64,000 bases of DNA from Selaginella moellendorffii (Eukaryota; Plantae; Lycopodiophyta): NCBI RefSeq assembly GCF_000143415.4, contig NW_003314263.1:2292734-2356733 (forward strand), written 5' to 3'. Both the position numbers and the translations under genes were made by a program. Numbering within the stretch: position 1 is the stretch's first letter; every line of letters begins with the position of its first letter. A model generated the notes under the pieces. It saw only the letters and a program-made list of their open reading frames with translations, did not search any database and was not told where the DNA came from. Positions 33,257-47,300 of this stretch are shown here, piece by piece.

Positions 33257-34887
33257 ATGGCAAGCGTTTGCAAGCTAAGTGTGTCATGCCAGCCGAATGC
33301 TCGAGCGAATTTTCGATCTAGAGTGCACAGGGCGAGTGTTTTGCGTCCACTTTGCTGTAACACTGGCACTCCGAGCTCCCTGGAGAATTCTCCTTCTCCT
33401 CGAAAGAATCGGGAGACAAAGCTACTGAGCTCGTTAGATTCGTACTTCAGCAAGCTCCAAAACAAGAGTAGCGCTGCGAAAGACGTTGCGGTGGAGAATT
33501 CGGCAAGCTCCGGGGCTGTGATCGAGGACTCGAAGAATACGTCCGGGGATTTACAAGGACTCGACGCTCTCAATGCCTACTTCGACAAAATGCAAGTTCC
33601 AGCCACCAAAGGTAGTGCCATTTCTTTAGTTTTTTCTTGCTAGAGATTCATCAATCGCTAACACAGTTTTGGCTTCCAGACGTTCCGAAAGAAGTGCCCA
33701 AAGCTCCAGTAGAAGAAGATGAGAAAGTTCTTAGTTTTCTACACGAGCTAGACAAAAGCTTTCAAAAGGACGACGCTAAAACTCTTCCTACGGACTTTGC
33801 TCCAAGAAATGCTTCTACTTTCACGTAAGTACTCACGAAAAAAGAAGTAAAAATGAAGAAACTCTCTGCTTTTCCTGGATTTTTTTTCCTTTGATTCTGT
33901 TTTTACTATTTGTTCTTTCGCAGGAATGTGATCATAGGTGTAAATGCCGCTGTCTTTCTCTTTGGTCTCGCGAGCCCCGTTCAAACTCCCGAGATGGTCG
34001 AAGTTCCTCTCCCGTTTCTAGTCGGAGCTAAGATCAACTCTCTCATTGCGGATGGACAGTGGTGGAGACTAGTCACTCCAATGTTCTTGGTAAATTTCGT
34101 GTGAACTTAGTTCTGCCAACTTCTCATTGTCTGTTCTTTGTGTTTGTAGCACGATGGTCTCATCCATATCGGCCTCGGTGCCTGGGCTCTACTCTCCTTC
34201 GGTCCGGGAGTGGAGTCCGTCTATGGTCCGGCCGGGTTTTGTATGATCTATCTACTTGGAGGAATTTTCGGGAACATCACGAGTTATTTCCTCACTCCAG
34301 CTCCAACAGTCGGTGGCACTGTAAGTTTTCTCCAAAACTTTCGATCTAGTTTTGACACAAGTTTTGGCAAAATGATGCTGTGACAGGGTCCTCTTTACGC
34401 TCTAGTCGCTGCATGGGCCGTCTACATTATCCAGAACCGCCAGAGTTTCGGCAAAGAGATGCAAGCAGGGATCACGAGTGACGTGATACAAAAGATCCTC
34501 GTTATGAGCGCTCTACACTTGGCTTTGACGGATGCGTTGCCTGCTGATAACTGGTGAGCTAGTTTCTCGAAAACTATGACGCGTAACTTCGCCAAGTTTC
34601 CAGTTTCTTAAACTTTTGCGTGTTCTTACAGGACTCATGTTGGTGCGGCAGCAGTAGGCACTTTGTTTGGTCTTTTGGCTACTCCAAAAGCCGGTCAAAT
34701 GAATACCCGGCTAGAAGATCTTGATGACAACATGGTAATGTCTGGCGAAGCTCCGGAGTTCCAGCGCTTGACGCAGGCCTTCGCGCTTTGCATGGGAGTG
34801 TTTTTTGTTCTTTATAGTTTTGGAAGTCCTGCAGCAAGCGAGATGCTACGAGTTCTCTCGCAGGAGAACGACACGGATTTCCTGTAG
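33257..34887 (+). CDS. RBL9: Rhomboid-like protein, chloroplastic RBL9 type
   Basis: Transit peptide, GAKINSLIADGQWWRLVTPMFLH, PTVGGTGP, DNWTH; multi-exon. Confidence 0.85.
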
Positions 34888-35110
34888 TCGTAGCGCTTGG
34901 GTAAGAGGCAATTTTATACTCTTCTACATGAGAAAATTTTTGCTCCTTTGTTTATAATGCAAGGCTTCTCAAACGGTGACGCTCGAAACGAGATAAGGTG
35001 GACAAGAATGCATTGGACAACTCGTCTCCCTCGAAGGATGTTCGAATATCCAAACGAGGACATTTAAGAGAGACTATTTGCCGTGTCAACGAGAGGGAAA
35101 GGAGGAGGCA

Positions 35111-35770
35111 ATGGATATGGGACAGGATTATGTCAAGCTGGTGACACTCATCGTCGCGTTCCTCGCAGCAGGTTTGTGCTTGATTGATCCTTGGTTTGGA
35201 AAAATCTAATCTTTGTGCGTGATCTTTCCAGGAGCTTATGCTCAACTTCAACTCCCATCCTACGCCTTGAAAGATTATCCTCTCGGGAAAGCCTTTGCGA
35301 ATCCAAACCAGCAGTGGCATTTTGCGGCTCTGTGTTTGAAAAACCAGGTGAGAGAGTTTTTCTTTTCTTTTGTTTTTCCAAGTTTTCAATCATATATGTT
35401 TTGTACAGAGCTCGTCTTGTACCAGACTTGACTACCATGGTTCTCTCAACGTTACCAGCGTCCCAGACTATTGCGGGCCTTGCGCCAACCAAACCTTGGT
35501 AGTGCTCAAGTGTATCGACCGAGTTAAGTCCCACTTCCTCTTCACGAACAAGGCAAGCACAGATGACGTGAGAAGATCGCTCCACACTGGCTGCTCCACC
35601 GGTAAATTCCCCTTTCCTAAGATCTAGAATCCAACTTTTCCTTCTAAAAAACTCATTTTTTTTCCCCAGGAAACTTCACGATCGTTCCCAGTGCGAAGAA
35701 TGTGGGGACCAAACTCACAGCGTCGTTTTGGGTGATCCTCTTTGGAACTTGGCTCGCTGCTAGAGTATAA
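35111..35770 (+). CDS. Small secreted cysteine-rich protein, probably GPI-anchored, 4 exons
   Basis: Signal peptide; CL..SC.RL...G.LNV....YCGPC...L.CI......F.F.NKA...DV...L..GC; hydrophobic tail. Confidence 0.78.
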
Positions 35771-36035
35771 AGCGACAGGCGCCAACACTTTTCTACACAT
35801 CGCTATAGTACATATAGCTTTAAAGAAAAAAAGAAGGAAGCCCACAAAGAGACTTGTCAAATAAAACTCTCCCCCCAAAAGTCTTTGAAGTCAATCGCCA
35901 ATTTTTGACAATGTTCATCCGTACGCCTGAGTGTTTTTCCGTACTCTTGATTGTGTTTAGTGTGCGCGTTCTTCCGTACGTAATATAGAAGTGCAAGATC
36001 TTGCCGCGTGGCACTCAGAGAATAGTCAAATATCT

Positions 36036-36043
36036 GGATATGC
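36036..36043. promoter_or_regulatory. P1BS (PHR1-binding) element upstream of PHT1
   Basis: GGATATGC fits GNATATNC, ~430 bp before the ATG. Confidence 0.5.
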
Positions 36044-36466
36044 GAATCCAGTTTGCGAATAAATTGACCTTCTTCCTTGCATGAGGCTAGGGCTTTGAAA
36101 ATCCCAGAAGACGACGACCACGAACGTGCGCATCGCGGCATCGAATCGCCAGTAGGTAATCTGCGCAGATTTTCGTGCTCTACCATTCTCGATCGCGTTT
36201 CCTTCCATTGCTATCGATTTCCATCCTCATTCTCGATTCTCTTGCCGGCATTTTATTTCCAATCTCTCGCATTCCATCTCCAATCTCTTGGCATTCCTCT
36301 TCCAGACCTGTGCTTGCAATCCCTGATTCTTGGAGTGAAAAGGTCTTTCCTGGACTTTTTTTTTTCCTCCACTATACCTGGGAAGATCTTTGCTTTCATC
36401 ACACCTCTCTCTCAATCTTTGTCACACTGTTTGCAGGAAGGGGGCAATTCTTTCGCGAGCACAGCG

Positions 36467-38089
36467 ATGGCGCTCGAGGTGCTGTCCGCCTTGGACAAGG
36501 CCAAGACGCAGTGGTACCACTTCACCGCCATTCTCATCGCGGGTATGGGCTTCTTCACGGATGCTTACGATCTCTTTTGCATCTCCACCGTGACCAAGCT
36601 CCTGGGAAGGATCTACTACTACGATTCAACCACTGGAAAGCCCGGAGCACTCCCAGCAAACGTAGCGGCGGCCGTCAACGGTGTGGCCTTTTGCGGGACT
36701 CTGTCCGGCCAGCTCTTCTTCGGCTGGCTCGGTGACAAGCTGGGACGAAAGAAAGTCTATGGGATGACGCTCATGCTCATGGTCATCTGCTCGATCGCCT
36801 CGGGGCTCTCCTTCGGCCACACTGCCAAGTCGGTGATGACAACGCTGTGCTTCTTCCGGTTCTGGCTTGGATTCGGCATCGGTGGCGACTATCCTCTCTC
36901 GGCCACGATCATGTCCGAGTATGCCAACACCAAGACGCGCGGGGCATTCATCGCGGCGGTGTTTGCCATGCAAGGATTTGGAATCCTGGCCGGCGGGATA
37001 GTGTCGCTGGTGATCTCCGCGGCGTTCAACCATGCTTATCCGGCGCCATCTTTCAACGAGAATCAGATAGCATCCACTCCAACCGAGGCGGACTTTGCGT
37101 GGAGGCTCATCTTCATGCTCGGAGCCATCCCGGCGGCGCTTACGTTCTACTGGCGGATGAAGATGCCCGAGACCGCTCGCTACACGGCTCTCGTGGCAGG
37201 GAATCTCAAGCAGGCCACGCAAGATATGAGCAAAGTTCTCGAGATGGAGGTGGCCACGGAACCTGTCAAGCATGAGTCCCCGATGCAGAAGCTAAAGTTT
37301 GGTCTCTTTACGAAAGCGTTTGCGAGGCGACACGGCCTCCAGCTCCTGGGCACCACGACTACATGGTTCTTCCTAGACGTCGCCTTCTACAGCCAGAACC
37401 TCTTCCAAAAGGACGTTTTCACCGCGGTGGGATGGCTCCCGGGGCCTGGAAGTATGAGCGCGATGGAGGAAGTCTACAGGATCTCGCGAGCACAGACACT
37501 GATCGCGCTGTGCTCCACGGTTCCCGGGTACTGGTTCACGGTGGCTCTCATCGACAAGATTGGACGCTTCACCATCCAAGTCATGGGCTTCTTCATGATG
37601 ACCGTGTTCATGTTCGCGCTCGCCATCCCCTACTACAAGCTCCGCGGGGACAAGTGCGGTGACAGCTTCTGCGGCGGCCACCACATGACGTTCATCGTGC
37701 TCTACTCGCTCACCTTCTTCTTCGCAAACTTTGGGCCCAACTCCACCACTTTCATCGTCCCCGCGGAGCTCTTCCCGGCCCGGCTGCGATCGACTTGTCA
37801 CGGGATCTCGGCAGCGGCTGGAAAGGCCGGGGCCATCGTTGGAGCTTTCGGGTTCCTCTACTTGTCGCAGAACCAACACGAAGGGCAGCAGGAGCATGGC
37901 TACCCGACTGGACTGGGGATCCGGACGGCGCTCCTGATGCTGGGAGGATGCAACGCTCTGGGGCTCCTGTTTACGTTCTTTGTTCCAGAGACAAATGGAC
38001 GGTCGCTCGAGGACTTGTCTGGCGAGAACGAGGAGGAGATGTCTGCCACTCCAGCGGCGCTGCCACCACCTCCACGCGAGGATGTATGA
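36467..38089 (+). CDS. PHT1: Inorganic phosphate transporter, PHT1 family (intronless CDS)
   Basis: [19 protein letters not shown], signature [31 protein letters not shown]. Confidence 0.97.
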   Translation: MALEVLSALDKAKTQWYHFTAILIAGMGFFTDAYDLFCISTVTKLLGRIYYYDSTTGKPGALPANVAAAVNGVAFCGTLSGQLFFGWLGDKLGRKKVYGMTLMLMVICSIASGLSFGHTAKSVMTTLCFFRFWLGFGIGGDYPLSATIMSEYANTKTRGAFIAAVFAMQGFGILAGGIVSLVISAAFNHAYPAPSFNENQIASTPTEADFAWRLIFMLGAIPAALTFYWRMKMPETARYTALVAGNLKQATQDMSKVLEMEVATEPVKHESPMQKLKFGLFTKAFARRHGLQLLGTTTTWFFLDVAFYSQNLFQKDVFTAVGWLPGPGSMSAMEEVYRISRAQTLIALCSTVPGYWFTVALIDKIGRFTIQVMGFFMMTVFMFALAIPYYKLRGDKCGDSFCGGHHMTFIVLYSLTFFFANFGPNSTTFIVPAELFPARLRSTCHGISAAAGKAGAIVGAFGFLYLSQNQHEGQQEHGYPTGLGIRTALLMLGGCNALGLLFTFFVPETNGRSLEDLSGENEEEMSATPAALPPPPREDV

Positions 38090-40482
38090 GAGAAGAGAGA
38101 AAGAAAAGAAAGAAATTTCTCCTCTCGCTGTAGTACTTGAAAGTTTCCGGAGAACTTTAGCTGTTTGTACGAAGATTAATTTCTTCATGTTGGCATTCAT
38201 TGCAACGATTGTCGCATGATGTTGGTGGTGTGGTGTAGTTTATCACTGCACTGCCCGTGCTAGTTCTTGGTGATTTTTGGTGTGGAGGATTTGCTAGCAG
38301 GATTATAAAATGGGTGGGAAGAGGAAAGTCCCTGGTGGTCCTTGAAAATCTGGAGGAGTGAGTGTTGAGCTTGCCTCATAGCCGCATCCAGTCTCCAAGG
38401 TGAGCAGCCTCTAGTTGATGGAACAATGAAAGTAAAGGAAGTTGGCAAAATGAATCTGTAACTTCAGGAAAAGGATTAGCTCGGGCTTAAGCCATGCTAT
38501 ATAAAGTTAAAATATATATATATATATTAAATTATAATTATATACTTTTATTCAATCATAGTTTTTAGAATTAACTTTAATTTTGAATAGATGCTGAACT
38601 CAGATGTACAAAAAATATGATTTAAATAAATTAAAGTACTTTAAAAATATTTAATAAGTAATGAATTATTTTTAATTTCAATTAAATGATAGAAGACTTT
38701 TTAAAAATGAGAAAAGATTACAATATATCTTAATATAATAGATGCAATTTGCTATATGCTTTCAAATTATGTGCAAAGATCATCTTTATTTCTTGTGTAA
38801 AAATATTTTTTTCACATCACTTCTATCACTAGTGAGTTAGAGTTAATGAAAAATAAAAAGTTATAATAATAATTAAAGTACTAATATAAAAATAATATGT
38901 TATATAAATAATATTCAAATGATTTATTACCCTATATTTCAATTTTTTCTAAAAACATATTTAACATTACAAAAACAGTATATATGTTTTATGAAATTTT
39001 ATTACTTAGAACTTTTATAATGCAATTAAATAATATAACTTTAAATCTATAATTTATATATATTTAAATAAATTAAAATAATTATTAGAAAAAATTAATA
39101 AAAACTTAAAAATAAATTATTTGCCCAAGGTTATTCAAATAACTTCGGCCCCTCAAGCTGTCAAAGTACCCAAGGTGATTAGCAAAAATGCTAAAAGTAC
39201 CATAAAAATATTTGTGGTTGTTAATGAAAATGCATACTGACCACCAAAAAAGAAGGAATAAATAAAAAAGTATAAAAAAATAACATGAAAACAATCAAAT
39301 AAAATAAATTCACTGTTGGTGGCATTATTATTCAGTTTTTCATTCATATGTTATATCGTTCTTGATTTCGCACTTTCACGAGTTATATTTTATTTGTTAA
39401 AATACAAATTATTTTTTTTAATCCTATTTCCAAATATATGTTAATAAAATCTATGTCTATTTAGTTATTATTTTGTGCATAATTAAAACTATTGAATTCT
39501 CTTTTATTGTTAACATTTAATTTTTTCACAAATACTATAAACTATCAATACTGAACTTAACATTGTTACTCATATTTTCTTTTGTACAATATAATAAAAT
39601 AATATTTAATGGTGATATAACTCATGATACTTTCAATGAAAATTTACAATCAATTTTATTCTAAATTATAAGAACACAGTTCTTTTAGCAAAAATAAAAA
39701 TTGTTTAAAATAATATTATGAATATTTCGACATTGAAATAAAGTTTTCAGCTTTACTCTATTCGAAATATATAAGTATTGAAGAATCTTGAAAATTTTGT
39801 TATAAAGTAAAAAATTTAAATATATATATATATAGTAAATGTTATTTAATAAATTTATATAAAAATTTACTTATTATTTTATAATGATTTTAGCTATATA
39901 TGAAAATAAATAATTTGATGCCCATTGCATGCATTAATATTTGGTTTGCTTAATAGTAGTGTTATTTCTATTTATTATTCTAATTGATAAAATGGAAGTT
40001 TATAATTATAAACATATCTATAATTTATAAACAGAAGATTAATCTTATTGAATATCAACTATTAGATGTTAGAATACACTAGAATATACTATTGAATATT
40101 AACTATTAGATGGTAGAATAAACTAGAATATACAAAAAAGTGTTTTGGAAAGTTTATAAATGATAAATATGTTTATAAATTATAATTACAAAATTAATCT
40201 AAATAAATAATAACCGTTAGATGGTAGAATATCCTAGAATATCTTTGTATATTCTAAACATATTTACTATCAGGTTTGCTTAAGGAAATTTAAAAGAATG
40301 CACGTAATTAAAAATGATTTAGGTTAAATATAATGTTAAATTAAAATTAAAACCACTATTAAAATTATATTAAAATGATTTACTCTCCATTCTATTTGTA
40401 CAGTTATCTGTGAGAGAAAAACAATTCTACGTAAGAGATTTAAAGGTAAAAAGAAATTAGGATGACCGGCAGTTTAGGGTTC

Positions 40483-42401
40483 TTAGAATGTCTCGGCGTA
40501 GGGATCAGGGCTCTTGTACGAGTACCAGCGCGCGACCGGCACATAGATCCCCAGATTCACGAGGCTCAGCCCCGCGATCAGCCAGTAGTAGCGCTCCAGA
40601 TGCCCGGCATTCACATCGTTCTGGAGCCACGACGGCGCCCCGCGATTGACGCAGGTAACGAGGACGCTGCTCAAGAAGCTCCCCACGCCCAGATTCGCGA
40701 GCGCCAGGGACGTGCCCAGGCTGTGGAAGGTGTCGGGCGATTGCTCGTGGAAGAATTCCAGCAGGCTTGAGTTTGTGAGGCCCTCCGCTATGCCCAGCAC
40801 CACGTACTGCGGCACCAGCCAGAAGATCGTGACGCTGGTGGTGGGATTCATCCAGGCTTTTCTCTTGATTTCCATCAGCGCTGCGATGCCCAGGCCGATG
40901 GCGGCGATGAAGATTCCCAGCCCGCTTCTCTGGAGCAAGGTGATGCCGCGCTCGTTCCCGGAGAACTTTCTTATGGTTGGGACGATGATACGGTCGTAGA
41001 GTGGGAGGAAGAGGACCACGGTGAGGTTGCTGAAGAGAAGCATTGACGCTGGCGGGATTTTAAAGGTGGTGCTTCCAAGCCGGTTGTCCATAGCCATTCC
41101 TTGGCGGAGGAAGAAGGTGCCGGACTGAGATGGAGCAATGCTAAACCAGAGCGTTGCCAGCCAGATTGGGAGCATTCGTATGACGAGCTTGACTTCCTCG
41201 ACTCGGGTCACGGTGGAAAGCTTCCAGGGGCTGGTTTTCGTCGTGGAAGACTCCATCTCCATGTCGGTATCGAGCTTCAGCGTTGCCTTGTCAAGAAACC
41301 TGGACGAACGAAGCTAAGAACAGGGAAAAGTCGAGAGCTACAGTCACTCACCGGAACTGGTTGGTGTGTGGAATGTGTCTTTTGCCTTTGGCAATCGACT
41401 GTTCTTCGTGGAGCTCCAGGGATGGTGCGACGACGTTACGCTTGCGGAAAGCTGCCACTATGACTTGCACCATTTTCGTAAGGGGGCTTCCTTCGGGCCT
41501 ACGGTACCGGTATCTTGGGGTCTGGATGAGGAAGAGAGCTATGGATACCGCAAGGATAATGCCGAGAAGGCCGAATCCCCACGAGAAACCGACGTGATCT
41601 TCAATGTAGACGAGCATGGTGACGGATACCAAGCCTCCGATGTGGATGCCCCAGACGATGAAGTTGAAAAAGGAGAACTTTTGCAGCCGCTCGACGTTGT
41701 CAGACTCGTCAAACTGGTCGGCTCCGAAGGACACGAATGAGGTGGTAGCGCTTCCACCTGCGAAGGCTATTGCATAGAGCGAGAGGAAGAGGAAAGCATT
41801 CTGTCCGGGCGATGCTTGCTGGCATGTGGGGCTTTGAGCCGGGCAGCTTGGAGGCCGCAAGTTCTTGAGGGATGCGGAGATGGTGAGGCATGTCAATCCC
41901 TGGCAAGTTTTTCAGTTTTTGTTTTTTTTTTTTGGATTGGTGTTGGTAAAGCTAGTTTTGCAGATAGAATTTGAAGTACTCACCACGCCGTAGAGCACGA
42001 AAGAGTACAGCAGCGTCCTGTAGCGGCCCCAATATGTGTCGGAGAGAAAAGCCCCAAGAACTGAGGAGAGAAAGTAAGTGCCTTGCAAATTGTTAGCGTC
42101 ACTTGCGGATTGAGAAACATCTCGATGCATAACACCCGTCAAGTATGTCAGCAGGTTGGAGATTATGCCGAAGAAGATGACCGTCGCAGCTACTTGGATG
42201 ACTGCAACACACTCGCAAAGTCAAGACACTGAAAGCTTTGCAAAGCGTTGGAGAAACTTTACAGATCATAGGGATCGCTCCGGCCCATTTTCCAGTTTTC
42301 TTCTTCAGAGCGGGCTGGCCCTTGAAATCCAGAGTTCCGTTTTGAGCATACAGGTGGGTTTGTGCATTGCTCTCCATTTCCTGCGTTGTTTGATGAGACA
42401 T
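40483..42401 (-). CDS. NRT1/PTR (NPF) family transporter
   Basis: GTLDFKGQPA..KTGKW, GAFLSDTYWGRY, FGADQFDE, TVTRVEEVK, WLVPQY, HLERYYW; multi-exon. Confidence 0.93.
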
Positions 42402-43848
42402 ATTTCGAGCTGCCACTCAGAAAGACAGGGGGAATGATAGAAAACTCACCATAGCTTCTTCGAATGCAATGCAGAGAGACCTTCCAACGTGCAATCATGT
42501 CGTGACAAGATAAGCTACAGAGGAACAATCAGTATCTCGATAGAAATATCTTGCCAAACATTTTTCAACCAAGACGTAAAGCACTAAGTCTCTTTCTAAA
42601 CAAGAAACTATAAAAACGTTTTGACTTGAATTGACTAAATCTGGGTGGTAGATGGGGCGTTGAACTGCGGCCAGCCTCTGGTCTCCGTGCCAACAGTCCT
42701 AAAAAACCATCTTTTCAACATGGCTACACCGAGATACTGATAGATACTGCAATAGCCTTTCTTGTCACGTTATGATCCCGGAGAATCTGAAGAAAAGAAC
42801 CTTCAATCTAGCAAATTTTGACTTGACAAGAAGGTAAGGAAACAAGGTACTCTCTTTTCGTGTTGTGTTGACCTGTTTAGATTTACCAACTAAATCTTGG
42901 TGTCAGAGGACAGTGTTGCCTGCAAACAAGTTGTCGGATTTGGGCACAGAAATGCCAAAAGTTTACATGATCAAGTAGGCGGCCTTGCAGTCGAGAAAAA
43001 ATGTAAGTTATCAGATTTGGACACAGAAATTTCTGGTACTGAGACGTCTGTGTACGAATCAGCGCAAGACTCATTCGTGTGAAAGGACCAGCTCCACAGC
43101 ACGAATCGACTTCAAGTTCCATCCAATGGAGTGCCATAAGAAGATACAAGAACACGTACCAGAAGCTCGAGATATCGCAATCGAGGCAAAGCATATCGCG
43201 TTCACCAAGAGAACAACCAGCTGAATTCCCGTGAGTTGCAATGGCAGGGTCTCCTAGGCCAAGCTCTCCAAGCAGTCAAACGTGGCTCGAATGTGATCAA
43301 AGCAGCAAGCAAAGCTAAGCACTACCTTCAGCAGTGTGGCCAGAACGTCTTGCTGTATGGAGAAACGCTGGCCAGGCTTCTTAAGAGTTTACATGTGTGT
43401 TGGTTCTAGCGTCTCTGCTCCTGTCGGACTGAGCTGAATTATTGCTAATCCTCTACTAATTAATATTATTTAGACTAAAACAAAAGACACAAACACACTC
43501 TAATCCTTTAACAAGGACACTTTGTCAAATCCTCTCTTCCACCCAACCTAATCACAAGCTATAGCATGCAATTTGTTAATGCAATTGTTATGGTGTAAAA
43601 GGAAAAGGATTTCATGCCAAAGTCCTATTGGTTTTGAATGATATTACACAAATATCAATCCTTATGCCAAGAATAGGGCTTTGTTATTGAAAAGTTTTTT
43701 ATTGATAACTGAATATCCACATGATGAATTTTTTCCATCATCCTTAAAAATTTTGAGATCTATAATGACATTTATCTAAAAGTTTACACCTTCATAGAAA
43801 AAGATTTTTCTTGTTTTCTTCAATCTAACTTTTTTCCCTTTTGCTTTA

Positions 43849-44138
43849 CATGCTTTATTTCGTTAAAGTGGGACTTATTCAGTAAAGTGGGACATTAATT
43901 AGCATGTGTCCACATGCCATTTCTTAGTACTTAATTAATATTTATTAATATTTCTATCAGTTTTTTAATTTATTTTTTTATATTTCACAATATTATAACA
44001 CAAAATCATATGAAAAGTTTTTAATTTATAAATTATAAAGTTAAAACTTCAATTTTTTATTGTTGTTATAAAAATGGCATGTGGCCACACACCATAAGTG
44101 GGATAATGAAAAGTCCTACTTTAACGAAATAAAGCATT
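43849..44138. mobile_element. MITE (~290 bp), probably Tc1/mariner-like
   Basis: 27 bp TIRs ATGCTTTATTTCGTTAAAGTGGGACTT / AAGTCCTACTTTAACGAAATAAAGCAT (1 mismatch); subterminal IR CCACATGCCATTT; TA (or TTA) on both flanks. Confidence 0.8.
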
Positions 44139-44168
44139 TACCTAGATTTCTATTATTTTAATACTTGT

Positions 44169-44342
44169 TGTGAGTGCATGGAATATGGAAAGGGAATACA
44201 GAAATGTGCATATCAATTAGCCCAAAAACCCTAGCTTATATACAGGAGCGAGTGGTCCGGATTGAAACCAATCCGACCGCTACCAAAATCCACTACGCTA
44301 ATATTAGTATACGACATCGTAGCCGTACACTTGGCCCTCATA
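44169..44342 (-). repeat. 3' LTR
   Basis: 3 mismatches versus the 5' LTR over 168 bp; adjacent PPT GAGAGGAGGGGATGA. Confidence 0.93.
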
Positions 44343-44374
44343 TCATCCCCTCCTCTCGAAATAATGGAAGGCCG

Positions 44375-47300
44375 TCAGGGTTCTCTTGTAGATGGCCTGG
44401 GATCTGGAGGAACGTCAGGAGGAGGCATCGGCGGATCTGTAGACGGTATTAACTGCTCCTGATCCCTTTGTATGAAGCGTTTTAACCGCTGCACATGCAT
44501 AATCTCCGGAGGATCGGTTTGCTGAACGTCATGCCGAACCTCATAAACTTGCGGTCCAACTTGCCGCAACACCCGATACGGTCCTTTCCACTGCGCAAGG
44601 AGCCCCTTAGATAAACCACGTACCGTAAGATGGGGAAAACGAACTAACACCAAATCATTCACTTTGTACTCCGCAGGTGGATGATGATGGGAGTTGTAGC
44701 GCCGTTGTTGTCCCACTTGTACGCGGCCTAAGTGTTCGGCAGACTCTGCTCGGACAAGTGGAAGAATGCTTGTCAAATACTGATCCCATGACCTAGCATC
44801 AGGAGCTCGTGGCAATCGCGAAGGTAAACCCAACTCTGTTGGTAATATTGGATCATGACCATATAGAAGTTTATATGGTGAAGCACCAATAGAACTTTGC
44901 ACCCCTGTGACATAGGCATATCGAAGAGACGGCAAATAACCATCCCAATCCGAATGCTGGAAGTTCACATACTTCGAAATCATCCCTTTGAATGTCCGAA
45001 CGAGCCGTTCCACCAGACCGTCTGATTGTGGATGATAAGCACTCGTAAAAGTGTGGCGTATCCCCAACCGAGATGTCAAAACATGAAATACCTCAGCCAT
45101 AAATGTAGGACCATTATCCGAAAGAATCCGCTCTGGACAAGAATGCTGGAACACCACTCGATTGAGGAGGAAGTATCCAACAGCAGTTGCAGAGGCGCTA
45201 GCAAGAGCACCAACTTCCACCCAACGAGTCAAGTAGTCATAAGCAATAATAACATACTCATTGCCAGCAGTCGATCGTGGAAAAGGTCCTATAAGATCAA
45301 ACGCCACCAACTCAAACGGACGGGAAATTGCAATTGACTCCAACCGTCCTTCCGCAGCACAAGGGGGAGTATTACGAGCTTGGCACCAAACGCAACTACG
45401 CACATACCGAATAATATCACGTCGCATCTCCGGCCAATAGAAAGACCTACGCAGCTTCTCGGTGACACGACGGTGTCCCATATGCCCACCTAGAACAGGA
45501 GAATCATGGTAGGCATGGAGAAACCGCGGAATAAACACCGAAGGTACCACCAGTCGTAAATGATCATCAGGATCCGTCCCCACAAAATAAAGAAGGCCAT
45601 CTTCAAGGCGATATTGAGAATGTAAATGCCGGAAAGGCAAGTCATCAGCAAGTGATGCAGGATTCTCAAACCCATCTCGAAGCCTTCGAATCCACGGCTC
45701 AATCCTTTGAGCCTCGCGAACCTCCTCAAGAGAAGGCAGATCTTGCTCTGCACCCTGTGGACACTGAACGTCAAGGACAGCAACCGCCGACGGCACAGAA
45801 TCCTCATCTAGAAAATCCACAGATGCTGGAACAACAGGTTCGTCAGAATGATGAGAAGTGAGTGGAGAAGGAAGAGGAGCTCGAGAAAGGGCATCAGTAT
45901 CAGCCATAGAACTCCCTGGGCGATGAACAACATCAAAATCATATATCTGAAGCTTCAAAGCCCATCGAGCCGTACGACCAACCAGGTTCTTCCGCTTCAA
46001 TAATGAAGTAACAGCAGCATGGTCACCTTCAAGTAACGTTCGAGAACCATGTAGATATGCATGAAGTTTCTCGAAACCCCAGACTACTGCTAAACACTCC
46101 TTCTCCGTCGTGGAGTAGTTCATCTCCGCTGGTTGTAATGTACGGCTTATGTATGCAATGGGATGGCGCTGACTAGGCACACTCGAGCTCTCTTGCATCA
46201 ACAAAGACCAATGTCAGAAGCATCCACGCGCAAAATAAAAGGTCGAGTGTAGTCAGGATATGCCAAAACCGGAGGAGTCGTCAATAGCTCCTTGAGATCC
46301 ACGAACGCCCACTCATAATCCGGAGACCAGATGAAAGATGACGTTGATGACTTCAGCAACGCTCGCAATGGTGTAGTGCGATCGGAAAGATGATCCACAA
46401 AACGACCAAGATACTACACCTTACCCAAAAAGCGCTAGACATCATTCACACACTTCGGAGTAGGGAACTTTAGAACAGCCACAAGTTTGTCAGGATCAAC
46501 TTGCAAACCCTCACGAGAAATACGGTACCCAAGATAAGTTGTGTCCTTGGACCCAAACATGCACTTCGACCGCTTCAGCTTTAAACCAACGTCGCGTAGC
46601 CAATCCAACACTTTACAAATATCACGAACGTGCTCCTCCCACGTCCCCTCCGAGTGGATCAAGACATCATCAATGAAGTCAGCAGTCACCTCCGGCATAT
46701 CGCAAAGAACCTCGTCCATCATCCGTTGGAAAGTTGCTAGAGCATTGTTCAAACCAAACGGCATCACCAAGAACTCGTACAAACCAAATGGTGTACGAAA
46801 AGCAGTCTTAGGAATATCTTCTTCGGCCATCGGTACTTGCCAATACCCAGAAGCAAGATCTAGCTTGGTGAACCAACGACTCCGCCCCAGACGATCCAAG
46901 AGATCAGCAGTGTGAGGAAGAGAATACACATCTGGGATCGTCACTTCGTTTAACGGATGATAGTCGATGCAGAAACGAATACTCCCATCAGGCTTCGTCA
47001 CAAGATGAGGTTCACATGCCCAAGGACTCCGTGACTTCCGAATAACACCCTTTTCCAGCATGTCCTTGACGTTTGCTCGTAAAATTTTGATCTCCTTAGG
47101 TGACCAACGACGAACAGGAACCTTGATTGGACGAGCATCCCCGGTTGGAATTGGATGACGTGTGGCAATCTTGGCCCCAGATGATAGGTCAAATTCAAAG
47201 AGATCAGAATACTCCTTCATGAGCCGGTCAACTGCTATAACAGAAAGATCGTCGGAGGGATCGGAAAAGGGAAAAGCAGAACAAGATGGAAACACAGAAG

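Noticed and set aside
36077-36466. 130 aa N-terminal extension of PHT1 shown in the ORF track
   Set aside because: Starts at a non-ATG codon and reads through a pyrimidine-rich 5' UTR intron (acceptor TTGCAG at 36436); homology starts at MALEVL
38490-40440. Very AT-rich block with short tandem repeats; similar blocks at 53-54 kb and 58.4-60 kb
   Set aside because: No termini, TSD or coding remnants that I can support; probably decayed TE or intergenic DNA
42880-43430. Moderately GC-rich stretch with short ORFs
   Set aside because: Possibly a gene relic, but no family could be recognised
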